64,000 bases of DNA from Eledone cirrhosa (GCA_964016885.1 OZ024740.1:91202001-91266000); one strand, 5' to 3'. Positions 1 through 14,480 are shown, numbered from the stretch's first letter. Notes: a model not told the origin generated them from the sequence alone. Made by a program: numbers and translations.

Positions 1-1027
1 GACGACATGGACCTGCCTTTCCAGGTGCCGAGCTGCAGGCCCACTGACTTTTCCTGGTTGATCATTGCTCCTGTCACCGCTTCGTATTCTCTTAGTGTAG
101 TGCCGATCGCCTCGATGTGTTTGGCGTTCGACACCACTACGGTGACATCGTCCGCATATGCTGACACGGATCTTCCGCATCCTAGTTCGCGCGGGACTCC
201 CCTCAACGTCTCCAGTTTGTGCAGTAATGGCTCGAGAGTCAATACGTACAAGAGGGACGAGAGGGGACATCCTTGGCGGACCGAGCGCATGATGTTGAAC
301 GGTTCCGACAGGTGACCGTTCACTCTCACCACAGAGCAGATGTCGCTGTGCATGGCAGCGATCCAGCCTCTGAAGATGGGCCCAAAGCCAGCCGCCCTCA
401 GGACTGCCGCTAGGTAACGATGGTCGACCCTATCGAAAGCTTTCGACTGATCTAAATTGATCAAGGACCCACCCGTGCCAGGTTCCCTAGCTACCCTCTC
501 TACGATGTATCGCATAAGGTGGAGGTTGTCGTGGATGGATCTGTCGGGAATGGCGCATGTCTGCGCCTCTCCCACCAGACCACCAACGACAAGCGCCAAC
601 CTCTTTGCTAGCACCTTGGCCAAAATCTTAAACTCTGTGTTTAGCAGGGTTATGGGCCGGAAATGTTCTATGTTATCCCCCTTATTCGGATCCTTTCTCA
701 GCAGTGCCACCGCTCCTCGGCTCACAGAACTGGGAATTCTCCCGTTCTGTTGCCAGTTGCAGTAGACGTCCGCCAAGAGGCCTCCGAACAAGTCTGGCAT
801 CTGTACGTAAAGTTCATAGGGCAGACCATCCAAACCAGGCGATTTACCCCTTGTGCAGCTAGTCATTGCCTCCCTTACTTCAGCGGCTGTTATCGGCTTT
901 TCGCAACACTTCGCCTCAGTGGCCGAGAGCCGCGGCAGTCCGTCGAGGTAGACACTAAAGTCCATCCCTCTACCCGGCCCCCCGCTGCTCCCGAACAGCT
1001 GAGCGAAGTGTCGCTGAAAAGCTTCAC
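1..1027 (-). mobile_element. Tx1-like non-LTR retrotransposon, subfamily A, 5'-truncated copy (RT part; continues off the left edge)
   Basis: Reverse complement matches ORF2 of the full-length copy from about 42771 onward (KSPGLDGLPYE, FRPITLLNTEFKILAK, DQSKAFDRVDH, RQGCPLS, YADD). Its 5' end abuts (TAA)n at 1028. Confidence 0.93.

Positions 1028-1079
<52 letters not shown>
1028..1079. repeat. (TAA)n tract: tail of element B and junction with the A copy
   Basis: Pure TAA run. On the minus strand it follows AATAAA plus 7 nt of element B. Confidence 0.95.
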
Positions 1080-1080
<1 letters not shown>

Positions 1081-1332
1081 CTTTCATTTATTGGCCACAA
1101 GGGCCGACATATAGGGGACAACACAATAGACAGGGACAGTGGGGGTTTACATAGAGATCGAGTAAGTATAAATAACAAAAAAACAAAATAACAATAAAAA
1201 TACAACAATGAAAGTTCCCCAATAAGAGGGATCACCACCCAGGGTTGACTCAAGCACCCCACCAGTCCTGAGCCACCCGACGCTCCTAGGGCACCCGGGA
1301 AGGGCACCCCTCTCCTTCTCGAATTCACCAGC

Positions 1333-4300
1333 CTACAGGCGCATGATCAGAGTAGGCCCACTCACGCGGGCCATTCTCGCCACATTCACCCACCTTTCAG
1401 TAAATGTACTGGGGGGCAGCACTTCTCTCTCCACCCTCACCTTCCTTTCCAAGTGAAACTTGAAGAAGTTGATGAGGGATTGGCCGAAGAGAAAAGTGTC
1501 TGTCTTCAGTCCTTTCAACCTGGTCCACCATGCAACCTCTTTCGCTACTGCCACCAGGCAGAGGAAAATTGCCTGCCCTTCCTGACCAAAAGAAGGCGGC
1601 GGGTCAATCTTCACTATGGACTCGGACGATAGCCGGATCCGTTCTACACGCGACAATAGCTGTTCAACATAACCCCACAAGTCAGCAATGCACGGACACT
1701 GGACGAGTGCGTGCAGAACGGTTTCGTCGCTCTGCGCGCATCTCGGGCAGGTTCGTCTGACAGCACTTCCGTGCCTGTAGAGTTTATCCCGAACCGGCAG
1801 CGCCCCCCGGTAGCACTGCCAAGCGAGGGATTTCTGGAAGTTATCCATCGTCCCCGGCTCGAAAGTCCTCCGGAACATACTGGTCAGTTCTACTTCGTTG
1901 ACGCCCAGAGCCTCTCCTAGTACGTCATCGCACTTGCCCTCCACTAATCCTCTATAGAAATCTTGAGTGGAAGTTCCACTGACCGCATTGCCCACCTTGC
2001 AGAGTGCAGTGAGCGCCTGGCAACATTCCAGATGCCAGTCGCCCAGTCTCGGTCTCTTCTTGACCCAGGACTGCAGCTCAGTCAAAGAGATGAGCTGCGG
2101 AAAGGCCCGTCTAACAAACGGCGACCACACCTGTTCACCGTTTAGGCAAAATATCTGGAGATGTCGCAGCCTCAGCGCATGTCTGCGCATCATTAGCCAC
2201 GGCATGCCCAGCCCTCCACGAAGAGGGTGCTGGCAGCAGATGGACCGCCTCACCAACGGGACCCGTCCCCTCCACAAAAATTTGAAAAGGAGCCGTTCCA
2301 AATTGGCGAGGCGTGGACGGGGGCAAGGCACGACGGTCAGGCGGTAGTAGATGACGGACGCGATGTACGCGTTCGCCACCTCCGCCCGCCCTTTCAGTGA
2401 TAGCTTTCTCTCAGCCCATTTCTGGGTGAGGTTGGCTATCCTGCTCGTCACCTCGTCCCAATTCTTATCCACCTGGAGGTCTGGTCCGAACCAAACCCCG
2501 AGCAACTTTACCGGTCCGTCTGTCCAGCGCCCAACGACGCTGTTGGACGGCATGGACTTGCCTCTCCAGGTGCCGAGCTGCAAGCCCACCGACTTTTCCG
2601 GGTTAAGTTTTGCTCCCGTCAACCTTTCATATTCCTCCAAATGGGTGCGGATCACCTCGATTTCCGAGGTGTCCGACACCATCACGGTGATGTCGTCCGC
2701 ATAAGCGGACGCAGCCTTTCTACGTCCCGGTTCGAGCGGGATGCCCTGCAACAACTCCAGCTTCCGCAGTAGAGGCTCAAGAGTCAATACGTACAGAAGT
2801 GAGGAGAGAGGGCACCCTTGACGGACCGATCGAGAGATCTGAAACGGTTCCGAGAGGTGGCCATTAACTTTGACCACCGAGCGGATGCCGCTGTACATTG
2901 CAGCGATCCAGCTTCTAAAGACGGGGCCGAAGCCAGCCGCCTCGAGGACAGCCTCCAAGTACCGATGGTCGACCCTATCGAATGCTTTCGATTGATCTAA
3001 ATTGATCAGAGCCCCACCGAAGCCAGGTTTGCACCCAACCCTCTCTATGATGTATCGCATGAGGTGGAGGTTGTCGTGTATGGACCTGGTCGGGATTGCG
3101 CAAGTTTGCGCCTCCCCAACCAAATCTTTGACGACAAGCGCCAACCTTTTCGCTAACACCTTGGCCAAAATCTTAAACTCTGTGTTGAGCAGGGTTATGG
3201 GCCTGAAATTATCTAGTGTGTCCCTCTTGTTCTCGTCTTTCCTTATCAGCGTCACTACGCCACGGCTCACAGAACTGGGAATGCTCCCGTTCTGCTGCCA
3301 GTTGCAGTAGAGCGCTTCGAGGAGATCGGAGAACAAGTCTGGCATATTTACGTAAAGCTCGTAGGGCAGACCATCCAAACCGGGTGACTTGCGACTCGAG
3401 CAGCCGACAAGGGCGTCCTGAATTTCGGCTGATGTTATCGGCTCTTCGCAGCGCTCAGCGTCGGCCGTCGAGAGGCGTGGCAAGCCGTCGAGGTAGGGAC
3501 TGAAGTCCGCCGCCGTCTCCGACTCACCCATCCTCCCGAACAATCGAGCAAAGTGCTGGCGAAAGGCCTCACACATCTGCTTGGAATCGCTCAGTTCGTG
3601 TCCATCTCGATCCGTCAAAGACCGAATTGTGGTTTTATTTCCACGCTGCGTCTCTGCAAAGCGAGCCCATCGGGCAGCTTTGGTTCCCTCGTTCCTCAGA
3701 GCACGCGCCTTAGCTCTGACAATGCAACCTTCGTGTTTCGCATTGAAGAAATGGTCTAGTGCCATTCTCGCCGCTAGCACGTCTGTTGCAATGCCACTAC
3801 AAATAGCCTCGTCTAACTTAGCTATCAGCCCCTCCTCCTTTCTATTTTTCTCTATTGCTACTTCTTTGCTAAATCCTATCGAGGTTGCTCTAATCTCTCT
3901 TTTGAGTGCCCCCCACCACCTGTTGTTGACAACCCCCCCCTGTCAACTTTTGCTTAACTAAGTTGTTGACCCGGTCCCTGTAAGCTTTACGTGCCGGAAA
4001 CGACATGTTTAGCTTCCAGTAGCTAGGTCCTAACCTACGTGTCTTATCTAGGTCGACCATACAGATCACAAGCTTGTGATCTGAATAGGCAACCGTTTTA
4101 AAATGTGGACATCCTACACTATTTCTATCTCTTTTCCTAATGAAAATCCTATCTATGTACGATCTAGATGACCCTATGCGATTGGTCCAGGTCCATACTG
4201 GCGCATTAGGGAAATCTAGTCGGTACCTGTCAGACAGTTGAAACTGGCTGATCAGGTACTTGAGGCTTTTGCACCCCCCGCTCCTATCAGATACTCCCAC

Positions 4301-4753
4301 ACAATCCCAGCGTGCTTCTAAGATGCCATTCCAATCCCCTATTAACAGTAAAGGGCGAGACGTAAGCAGAAAGTTTTCCAGGCGCCTAAAGAAGTCCGGC
4401 CGACCGGCCCCAGTAGGGGCGTAGACGGCCACCAGTCTAAAGGCACCACCTTCGCTATTGCTCACGTCCAGGACCACCAACTTTCCGTCAGGATCCCGGA
4501 AGATTGACCTTACCTCGAGATCCAGACATTTCCTAAACAGCACAGCCACTCCACCTCCCATTCCCGGCCGACTAACAGATGCAAAGATCTGATAATCGTC
4601 GAAAATCGGCGCCAGTGCGCGTGTGTCGGAAATTCTGGTCTCGCTGATGGCAATTACATCCATTCCTAGTGACCTGAGGTCGTTGAGCAAGTGACCTTGC
4701 TTCCAGGGCGACCCCAGGCCACGAACATTTAAACTTCCTACTCTTATGGCCAT
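1333..4753 (-). CDS. ORF2 of element B: AP endonuclease + reverse transcriptase + C-terminal zinc finger (one frameshift near 3935)
   Basis: ORF 3890-4753 has APE motifs (SLNVRGL, ISET, VYAP, GDWN, IDRIF, SDH). ORF 1333-3780 has RT motifs (KAFDRV, RQGCPLS, YADD) and CPRC..ETVLHALVQC. The break lies at a G-homopolymer run. Confidence 0.9.
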
Positions 4754-4782
4754 GCTGGCAGGATGAATGGGAGAGGAAAGGT

Positions 4783-6692
4783 TTACTTACCTTCCGGGGT
4801 CTTGTGAAGGTCGGGTGGTTCGACCTCCATGGTTTGTGGGGTTTCTTTTGGGAACCCCTTTAATAGTCTTGACGTGGGTTTTACGTTCGGGGTTCCCACA
4901 TCCCGAGGAAAGCTCTTTCGAATTTCTTTGTATGAAGCGAGCGACATTCGCATCAGAAGCAAATTATCTGGTACGCGAAATGTGCTCGCTTCAAATGTTT
5001 CCCCGTCTTTTTCGATGTTTGTGCTTCGTGCTACATGGGCCATCAATTCCTTGTTGGCCCTTCTGGCAAGCACGAAGTTTTTAATGTTTTGTTGCTCGGG
5101 TTTTATTTGTTCGTGTGATTGTGGTGGTGATAGCTTTGTTAGTGTTGTTTCTATTGTGTCTGCGTTTGTTGTGGGTGGGGTGTCTGTAGTTTCTGATGTT
5201 TGTGTGTCTATTTGTTCTTGTGTCTGTTTAGCTTGTTTGCGTTTGGGGGATTGTGGTGGTTGTGTTGGTGATGCTGTGGGGAAAATGTTTGTGTGGGTGG
5301 TGTGTGTATTTTTTTTTGTGGGGGTGTTTGTGCTTTGTGGATTTCTTTTTTTTTTGTGTTTTGTTTTTTGTATTTTGGGGGACTTTGGTTTTCCCTCATC
5401 TTCACTGCTGGAGGATGAGGGGTCTGTGGCTGTGAGCGTGTTTGTGTCTGAGTGAGTGTTTATGTTCTTGTTCGTGTGTGTATTTTGGGGGGAGGGGGAA
5501 TGGGAGAGCTTTCCTCGTTTCCCCCCTGGGTGTGCAATTTTGGTGGTTCCATTGTTGACGGTGTTGCTGGTGGTCCTTGTCCCGGCGTCGCCAGCAGTGG
5601 AATCTTTCGACCCCTTGCGCTTTTCGGCAGTTGAGGGCAGAAGGCTCGCAAGTGTGTCGTTTCCCCACAAAGGAAACAATGCGGCCTTTTGCCCTCAGTC
5701 ATTATATGCAACACCCTCCCGTTTTGGAGGCGGATGTGGTCCGGGATTGTTTTTACGTTTTCGGGTCTGATTTGGAGCAGTATCTCCAGATCAACCCCGG
5801 ACCAGTCGTCCCTGGCAGTTCTCGTTGCCTCTACCGGGACTGTATCCGTTCCTTCCACGATTACGCAACCCAGGAGCCACCACATATCAAGTCCTGGTGG
5901 AATCCTGGGAATGCGCACACGTGCTATTCGTTTTCCCATGTGGGAGGGGTACATTATGACCTTGCTGGTTTTGCAAGGGGTCATTGAATGCTTCACAGCG
6001 AAGGCTTCAGACTTGAACAGCACCGAAACGGTGCCGTATTGCCTGCCCCTCTCTATGAAGTCTGTGTCCTCTCTGATGTATTTCAGTGCGGCTTCTATGT
6101 CAGCTTGGGCGATTATCGCTGCCCTCTTTGTCTCTACTGAGATGCATCTGAAATGCACCGTTCTTGTTTCCACTGCCTCAATGGCTTCTGCCGGGACAGT
6201 TAAGTTTGCCCAGGTCTGCTCTTGATTTATGATTTTCCAGGCCTGGGCCAACTTTTCCTCTCTGTTGGTTAAGTCGATGCTGTAGCATGGTCTCCTTTTA
6301 GCCGCTGCCACAGCAGCGAAAGTGTTCTTGTTGGTGTTGTCACTGTTGTTGTTCTTGTTGGTGTTGCTGCTGCTATTGCTGTTGTTGTTCTCCCCTGTGT
6401 CGTGGTTACCTTCTGTGCTGTTGGCCTTGTTGGTGCTGCTGCTGTCGCTACTATTACTCTCTGTGCTGTTCGTTTTGTTGGTGCTCTCGCTATTACCACC
6501 TTCTGCGCTGTTCGGCTTGTTGGTGTTGGTGTTGTCGCTGTTACCACCTTCCGCGTCGCTCGGCCCGTTGGTGCTGGCACTGTCGCTGCTCACATTCGTG
6601 CTGGTGGCGCTCCTCGCCTCACCTCTCCTCTCAACGCTCAAGTCGCCGTTGCACGACAGCAGACCCGCCTCTAGGGGGCGTGGCTCCGCCAT
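4783..6692 (-). CDS. ORF1 of element B: N/S-rich N-terminus, CCHC gag knuckle, linker, C-terminal domain (one frameshift near 5500)
   Basis: CFLCGETTHLRAFC zinc knuckle in ORF 5460-6692. The C-terminal block in ORF 4783-5679 (NKELMAHV...YKEIRKSFPRDVG) is homologous to ORF1 of A (NKKLMTYI...YTNIKKKFPNAVG). Confidence 0.85.
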
Positions 6693-6927
6693 GTTTTTTT
6701 GAGAAAAAAATTATTATTTTTTTTTCAAAATAAAGTTCAAATATTTGGGCCAAAAGGCCCAAATATTATGAGTTATTCCTTCACAGGATACAAATTAATG
6801 TCTTATAATGCTTCAGCGGTACAAAAAATAAACAATTCTCTACAATTAATCCTCAAAAATTGCTTACTCACGGAGCTTCAAAAAACGTACATCCACTTTC
6901 GTCAATAATAATAATAATAATAATAAT

Positions 6928-9413
6928 GATTTCTTTATTAACCACAAGGGTTTACATAAAGTAGACATTAAGGACAGTGCAGGACAATGCAGGACGGTAC
7001 AAATGGGCATTTCTGCGTGTAAAAAACAAAAACAGAGGATGTAACAAAAATAACAATGAAAATTTCCCCAATAGGGGGGAGACTTCGGAGGGACATTTGT
7101 GGAGAAAGCCCAGTAAAAAGCCACAATGACCCTGACCACCAAGGCAAGTGCCCTCTCCCAGTTTTCCACCTTTAATTTACAGATATATGCTCAGAGTAGG
7201 CCCATTCACTCGGGCCATTCTTGCTTCTCTCACCCATCTTTCAACAAAATGCTGGGAAGAGAGCACTTCCCTCTCTACTCTGATTTTCCTTTTCAAATGA
7301 AATTTGAAAAAGTCAATCAGAGCATCACCGAAGAGGTAAGTGCTCGTCTTCAGCCCTTTCAAACGTGTCCACCATACTATCTCTTTCGCCATGGCCACCA
7401 GGCAGATAAAAACTGCCTGCCCTTCCCGGCTAAAGGAGGAGGGCGGGGCAATCCTCACGATGGACTCAGATGATAGCCGGATCCGTCCTAAACGCGACAG
7501 CAGGTGTTCGACATAAACCCACAAGTCAGCAATTTTCGGACACTGGACGAGTGCGTGCAGGACGGTTTCGTCGCCCTGCGCGCATCTCGGACATGCCCGG
7601 CTGACGGCACCTCCATGCCTGTAGAGTTTATCCCGAACTGGCAAGGCTCCTCGGAAGCACTGCCAGGCCAGAGATTTCTGGAAGTTGTCCATAGGCCCTG
7701 GCCCGAAAGTTCTTCCGAAGAGATTGGCTAGTTGATTTTCGTCGACGCCTAGAGTTTCCCCAAGTACGTCGTCGCTCTTCCCCCTCCACTAATCCTCTAT
7801 AGAACGCCGAGGTGGAGTTTCCACCGATCACATTGCCCGATTGGTCGAAGGCTGTGAGCGCCTGAAGACATTCCAGTCTCCAGGCGCTCCCTCTCGGTCT
7901 TCGCTTGATCCAGGACTGCAGCTCGGTCAAGGAAACGAGCTGGAGAAACACGCGTCTATCAAACGGCGACCACACCTGATCACCGTCGAGGAAGAGGTGG
8001 AGATGTCGTAGCCTGAGCGCGTGCCTGCGCATCATCAGCCACGGCATGCCCAGCCCTCCACGTAGCGGGTGTTGACAACAGATGGACCGCCTGACCATCG
8101 GAGCGCGTCCCTTCCACAAAAAGCGAAAGAGCAAACGCTCCAGCACAGTCAGGCGAGGCTTAGGACAAGGTACGACGGTCAGGCGGTAGCAGATGACGGA
8201 CGCGATGTACGCGTTAGCCACCTCCGCTCGACCTTTCAGGGATAGCTTCCTCTCGGCCCATTTCTGGGTGAGAGAAGCCACCCTGCTCGTCACCTCGTCC
8301 CAGTTTTTGTCCGTCTGGAGGTCCGGACCGAACCAGACCCCTAGCAATTTAACCGGTCCGTCCGTCCAGCGTCCGACGACGCTGTTGGACGGCATGGACC
8401 TGCCTCTCCAGGTGCCGAGCTGCAGGCCCACTTACTTTTCCTGGTTGATCATTGCTCCTGTCACCGCTTCGTATTCTCTTAGTGTAGTGCCGATCGCCTC
8501 GATGTGTTTGGCGTTCGACACCACTACGGTGACATCGTCCGCATATGCTGATACGGATCTTCTGCATCCTAGTTCGCGCGGGACCCCCCTCAACGTCTCC
8601 AGTTTGTGCAGTAATGGCTCGAGAGTCTATACGTACAAGAGGGACGAGAGGGGACATCCTTGGCGGACCGAGCGCATGATGTTGAACGGTTCAGACAGGT
8701 GACCGTTCACTCTCACCACAGAGCAGATGTCGCTGTGCATGGCAGCGATCCAGCCTCTGAAGACGGGCCCAAAGCCAGCCGCCCTCAGGACTGCCGCTAG
8801 GTAACGATGGTCGACCCTATCGAAAGCTTTCGACTGATCTAAATTGATCAAGGACCCACCCGTGCCAGGTTCCCTAGCTACCCTCTCTACGATGTATCGC
8901 ATGAGGTGGAGGTTGTCGTGGATGGATCTGTCGGGAATGGCGCATGTCTGCGCCTCTCCCACCAGACCACCAACGACAAGCGCCAACCTCTTTGCTAGCA
9001 CCTTGGCCAAAATCTTAAACTCTGTGTTTAGCAGGGTTATGGGCCGGAAATGTTCTATGTTATCCCCCTTGTTCGGATCCTTTCTCAGCAGTGCCACCGC
9101 TCCTCGGCTCACAGAACTGGGAATTCTCCCGTTCTGTTGCCAGTTGCAGTAGACGTCCGCCAAGAGGCCTCCGAACATGTCTGGCATCTGTACGTAAAGT
9201 TTATAGGGCAGACCATCCAAACCAGGCGATTTACCCCTTGTGCAGCCAGTTATTGCCTCCCTTACTTCAGCGGCTGTTATCGGCTTTTCGCAACACTTCG
9301 CCTCAGTGGCCGAGAGCCGCGGCAGTCCGTCGAGGTAGACACTAAAGTCCATCCCTCTACCCGGCCCCCCGCTGCTCCCGAAAGCTGAGCGAAGTGTCGC
9401 TGAAAAGTTTCAC
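6928..9413 (-). mobile_element. Tx1-like subfamily A, 5'-truncated copy (RT, zinc finger, 3'UTR) with a few disabling changes
   Basis: ORFs 8627-9352, 7628-8431 and 7177-7692 match A ORF2. AATAAA and (ATT)n tail at 6904-6927; 5' end abuts (TAA)n at 9414. Confidence 0.93.
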
Positions 9414-9488
<75 letters not shown>

Positions 9489-9505
9489 GAAGAAGAAGAA
9501 GAAGA
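9414..9505. repeat. (TAA)n then (GAA)n microsatellite at the right edge of the left array
   Basis: Seen directly in the sequence. Confidence 0.9.
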
Positions 9506-10062
9506 CTAACTAACTTACTACTGATATATTTATCCCTATTATTCTTCCTGATTGCATAAATACATATTGGAAAACTTAAAACTGACGTCATCCTTCCGAT
9601 TCTTAAATTGCGCAGACTTTACAGACACCGATGAGCTATCAAACCAGCAAAATGCTCTTTGCTTGATCACACACATATCAAACCGACATAAAGATGTATT
9701 TATTTGTTACACCATACCGCTTTTAAAAGGGTACTCTCAATGAAACCATACGAAACCATTTTGCTTTTTTCTAGAGCTGGGGAGGGTGAGGATGTATGTG
9801 TGTAAACTTGTCTTTTACATCGCCTTTCTTTATTACCTTATTCTGGGTACTTATGAGCGCCAGTGCACTTTTCCTTTTCCGCCTCCTCTTGGAATCTTTT
9901 TTCTATATTCAATCTGCCTTTCACCTACCTTGTACATTTTCTCTCTGTTGACGACTTGCCCCTGGTGTCTGTCCTTTGAGGCATTATTCCCATCGCTGTC
10001 TTTGACAGCATCTAGCTATTTTAACGGCTACTCTAGCAATGAGTTTTCTCAATTACATATCT

Positions 10063-10922
<860 letters not shown>

Positions 10923-12943
10923 TTTTTGTTACAAAAAAATATAATGGTCACTTGAAAATATCTATTGCTTTGAGAAAGTCCCATGAAAAGCCGAAGTTTA
11001 TCACAGAATTCAATATCCTAACTCCTAAGAATTCCCTGTTCGTTCTTGAACATCGAATCCTCTGTCAGGACTTCGAAGTAGAACGGTACATATGTAGCTT
11101 GTTTGCATTCCTCTGACGGTTGGAACATGATAGAAAGTAAATAAAATATAGCGAATGTAAATAAACAAAGTTAATTTTAATCTGTTGATGTACACTTCCT
11201 TTTTTAAAATTACTCCAGAATAAACCGACCCACCTGTTCAGTTTGTTGATTGCTCTACCCTGTATACTGAAGTGTTTGTAACCAATCAACACACACATAT
11301 TTTTATATGTATATGTGAGATCATATATATGTTTATTTATATTATTAATTGCTCCTATCGATTATATAATAAATTGTATCCTGATATGATTTCTGAAACA
11401 ATTGTAAGACATTAAATATATTTGTTATTGTTTTCTCTAACATTTAATTTCTAATTTGTATATATATATATATATATGTCCATGATTACTCACAATCGCA
11501 TATACTAATCTGATAGGAGTATCAAATATTTCGAATTTAGCATTCGCATACATTGTTCTTTCGAAACGATTTTCTTCTTTAAATGTGTTGATATGTTGAC
11601 TGGTATTTCGTGTCCATTTGTATTACATTGAACCTAGATAGCATTTGTGAATGTCTTGCATTCGTGCTCATTTGCGATCATACATTTCATGAGCCGTGTA
11701 TTTAATATAGACACTTATCTATTTGTATAATGGGACACAATAAAATAGCTGTGACCTGTGGTCTAACTTTTATTTTCTGTAAGATTAGAATACACAACTA
11801 TTGGACAAGGAAAATCATTACTTATAAAATATATATCCCAGAATGCTTATTATAATATTTCTTGGAGATTCAATAAATTCATTATATAATTTATACCATC
11901 GTATAATCAAAATGCAATTGAAAATGTATTTTGAAGTATGTTCTTGCTCTATAAATATCAATTTGCCACTTGAAATGCGTCACATGTTTTTTACTAAATG
12001 CAATTTCAGGATAAATATAGATTCAATAGTATTATAGTATATCTGCGAAACGCAATATACAACATAAATTATTTTAAGTGTTAGAAAAGAATTAAATCTA
12101 TTAGTATACAAATGTATCTATGAAATTCAAAAATCTGTCCATTCTTTAGTTATATGACATGGATATGGGTTTTTCACTAACACATTTTGCTAATGGGGAC
12201 CAACAGCAACGTATAAGATTTGTCAGTCATGTGTAAAAGAATAACATTTCAAAATCGTTATTTGCTACTTATTGGATACATCCTTGTCATATTTCATTAG
12301 AATTTGACTTGTGTGTCAAATTTCATTATGCCAATGACAGTAACGAAAAGTAAATTTATATCTACTTATCGATGGTGAATTCATTGCTATTAACGTTTTT
12401 AAATGCAAAATGCATTTTGATATACAATTAGGAACCTCTCTGAAAAGCAAATACTAATATAAATATGCATATATTATAAAAATATCACTAGAATCTAGGA
12501 GATTAAATAACTTTCCTATCAAAAGCATTCAGTAACACGATCATATGTAACATATGAACATGTTTATGTAAATCTAGCTTGTAGTGCAGTTCAGAGCATA
12601 CGAGTTAGAAGACTTTCAAATAGTTTATATATATATTAGTTGAATTAAACAAGATGTCACATGGAAATTATTGTCACAATGCCTGCGAAAAAAAAGTCAA
12701 ACATAAAGATAACAAATCACATATCAAGAACCGGGACATGAAAGAAACGTCATGGAAAATAAGTAAAATGTATGCTGGAGTTTTATAATTATAAGTGAAT
12801 ATTACATGGAGCACATCTATAGCTGTTACACTATGACGACATAAAGAATAACGATGCTAGTTAGGTAAAATTAGAGAGAATTTAACATATACATATACAC
12901 ATACATGCACACACCCACATGTGCACGTACACACATGCACATG

Positions 12944-13004
<61 letters not shown>

Positions 13005-13149
13005 GCACTCAGACATGCACACATGCATATATATAATATATGTTTGTATATGTATTTGAAAAGGGAAGTTAGGTTCTATAGAAAGCAGTGGTTATAGAGA
13101 AAGGGAAATAGCACGGAAAATATAGTTAAAGGTCTCTTTTTCCTTCTTT

Positions 13150-14478
13150 GTTTCGAAAAATGAGAGGGAAAATTCTTTTAAAAAAGAGGTTTATAATGTG
13201 TATAAAGTACATAAATTATAACCGGTTTCGATGTATTAGTAAAATTCAACTTATCAAATGTTGAGTATTACAATTAATGAGAATAAAGAGGGATTAAAAG
13301 TTAAAAGTTACAGATTTAGAATTATGCTTTGAGGTAATTTTTTTCCATCTTTCTTGTTGAGAAGGAGACTGGAAAATTAATTCTTGTGTGTGTGTCGAGA
13401 GAGGTATGGTCATAAAGTAGAAGCAGCAGTGGTGGTAGTTGTGTTGTTTCACACAGAACATAATTGTTTTTAGGGACAAAGGAAATATTCTGTGAATATG
13501 TGTGTATATCCCAATTGTATTAATGGACTGTTCAAGAGTTCAGTAAGTTAGGGGTGGCAAATTCTATGGGATCAGCACGAGTAGGATTGTAAAAGAAATT
13601 CTATTTTTGGAATATGGTTTTAGAGAGTGTGTGTACGTGTGAGTGTATATATATAAAAATACACACATGTTTGTGTGGGGGGAGCGGTATGTGTGTGTGT
13701 ATGTGTGTGGGTGCGTGTGTGTGTGTGTGTGCTTCAGCCTGTCTGCCAGAGGTCCCTTTGTGGGGGGAAATAAAAAAAAACAGAGCAAAGCATCTGTGAT
13801 GGCTTTCAATCAGAAATTTTCGGAAAATATTTGTATGGGCATTTTTTTTTTTATTATTTAGGGGTGCGTGTGTGTGTGTTTGTGTGGGGGAATTTAATGG
13901 GGGTGACTACATGTTTAATTTTGTTTTAAATTGGTTAATAAATAGTTTTTCATTATTTATTCGTTGGTGTTGAGTGAAAGAATCGACGTATGTGTAAAAG
14001 GGCATGAATTTAATGTCGGGTAGGGTCATTCCTGCACGATCTGCAATGTGCTTACTTAAGAGGATGTTTCTTGTGTTTACGTCTCGGATTTGTTTGCGAT
14101 GGTACGCCATTTGTTTGCGTAATGACACACCCGCCTGTCCTATGTAGTGATATCGAGAGCCACCGTATGTAATTACGTATATGAGTTTTTCTGAGTTGCA
14201 TGTGAATTTTTCACTGAAAAAATTTGGCCATCTCTAAACGTGAATTGTGTCCTTCAATTAAGTATAGGCATGTGTCACAGTTTATTCTTCCTCATTTTGT
14301 TACAGTAAGACTGGAGATTAGTTTGTGTATATTTGTTCCAGTGCGAATGTTTTAGTAATTTAGGTTCCCTTTTTCTTTTAATGATCTTCTGTGTTTCTTG
14401 AATTATTTAAATTATCTCACTTTTGAATAGAATGGAGAGGATTTTGTGTTGGAGATCGAACATTTCCGTGTTCTTAGG

Positions 14479-14480
<2 letters not shown>
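13150..14480 (-). mobile_element. Penelope-like element 3' fragment (degenerate GIY-YIG endonuclease plus 3' pLTR)
   Basis: Minus-strand translation FTCNSEKLIYVIT...HYIGQAGVSLRKQMAYHRKQI...EKLFINQFKTKLN fits the PLE GIY-YIG domain. Boundaries approximate. Confidence 0.75.
13215..13260 (-). ncRNA. Degenerate minimal type I hammerhead-like motif (U3-A8 core)
   Basis: Minus strand reads TTGATAA gttg...catc GAAAC CG GTT. Stems I and II are weak. Lies in the PLE 3' region, where hammerheads are expected. Confidence 0.4.

Larger units (their letters stand above)
1080..6903 (-). mobile_element. Full-length Tx1-like non-LTR retrotransposon, subfamily B
   Basis: About 210-nt 5'UTR, ORF1, ORF2 (APE-RT-zf), 3'UTR with AATAAA and (ATT)n tail. 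Flanked by (TAA)n on both sides. Confidence 0.93.

Noticed and set aside
7-765. Recurrent antisense ORFs (MDLPLQVPSC.., MIKDPPVPGS..) in every Tx1 copy
   Set aside because: Shadow frames of the GC-rich RT coding strand; they recur because the element recurs.
4755-4790. 36-nt GT..CAG intron fusing ORF1 and ORF2 of element B
   Set aside because: Too short for a typical animal intron, and the product would be out of frame; a universal ORF1-ORF2 fusion is not supported.
10970-11095. Possible host exon (KSHEKPKFITEFNILTPKNSLFVLEHRILCQDFEVER followed by GT)
   Set aside because: No recognisable homology and weak splice signals; RNA-seq would be needed.
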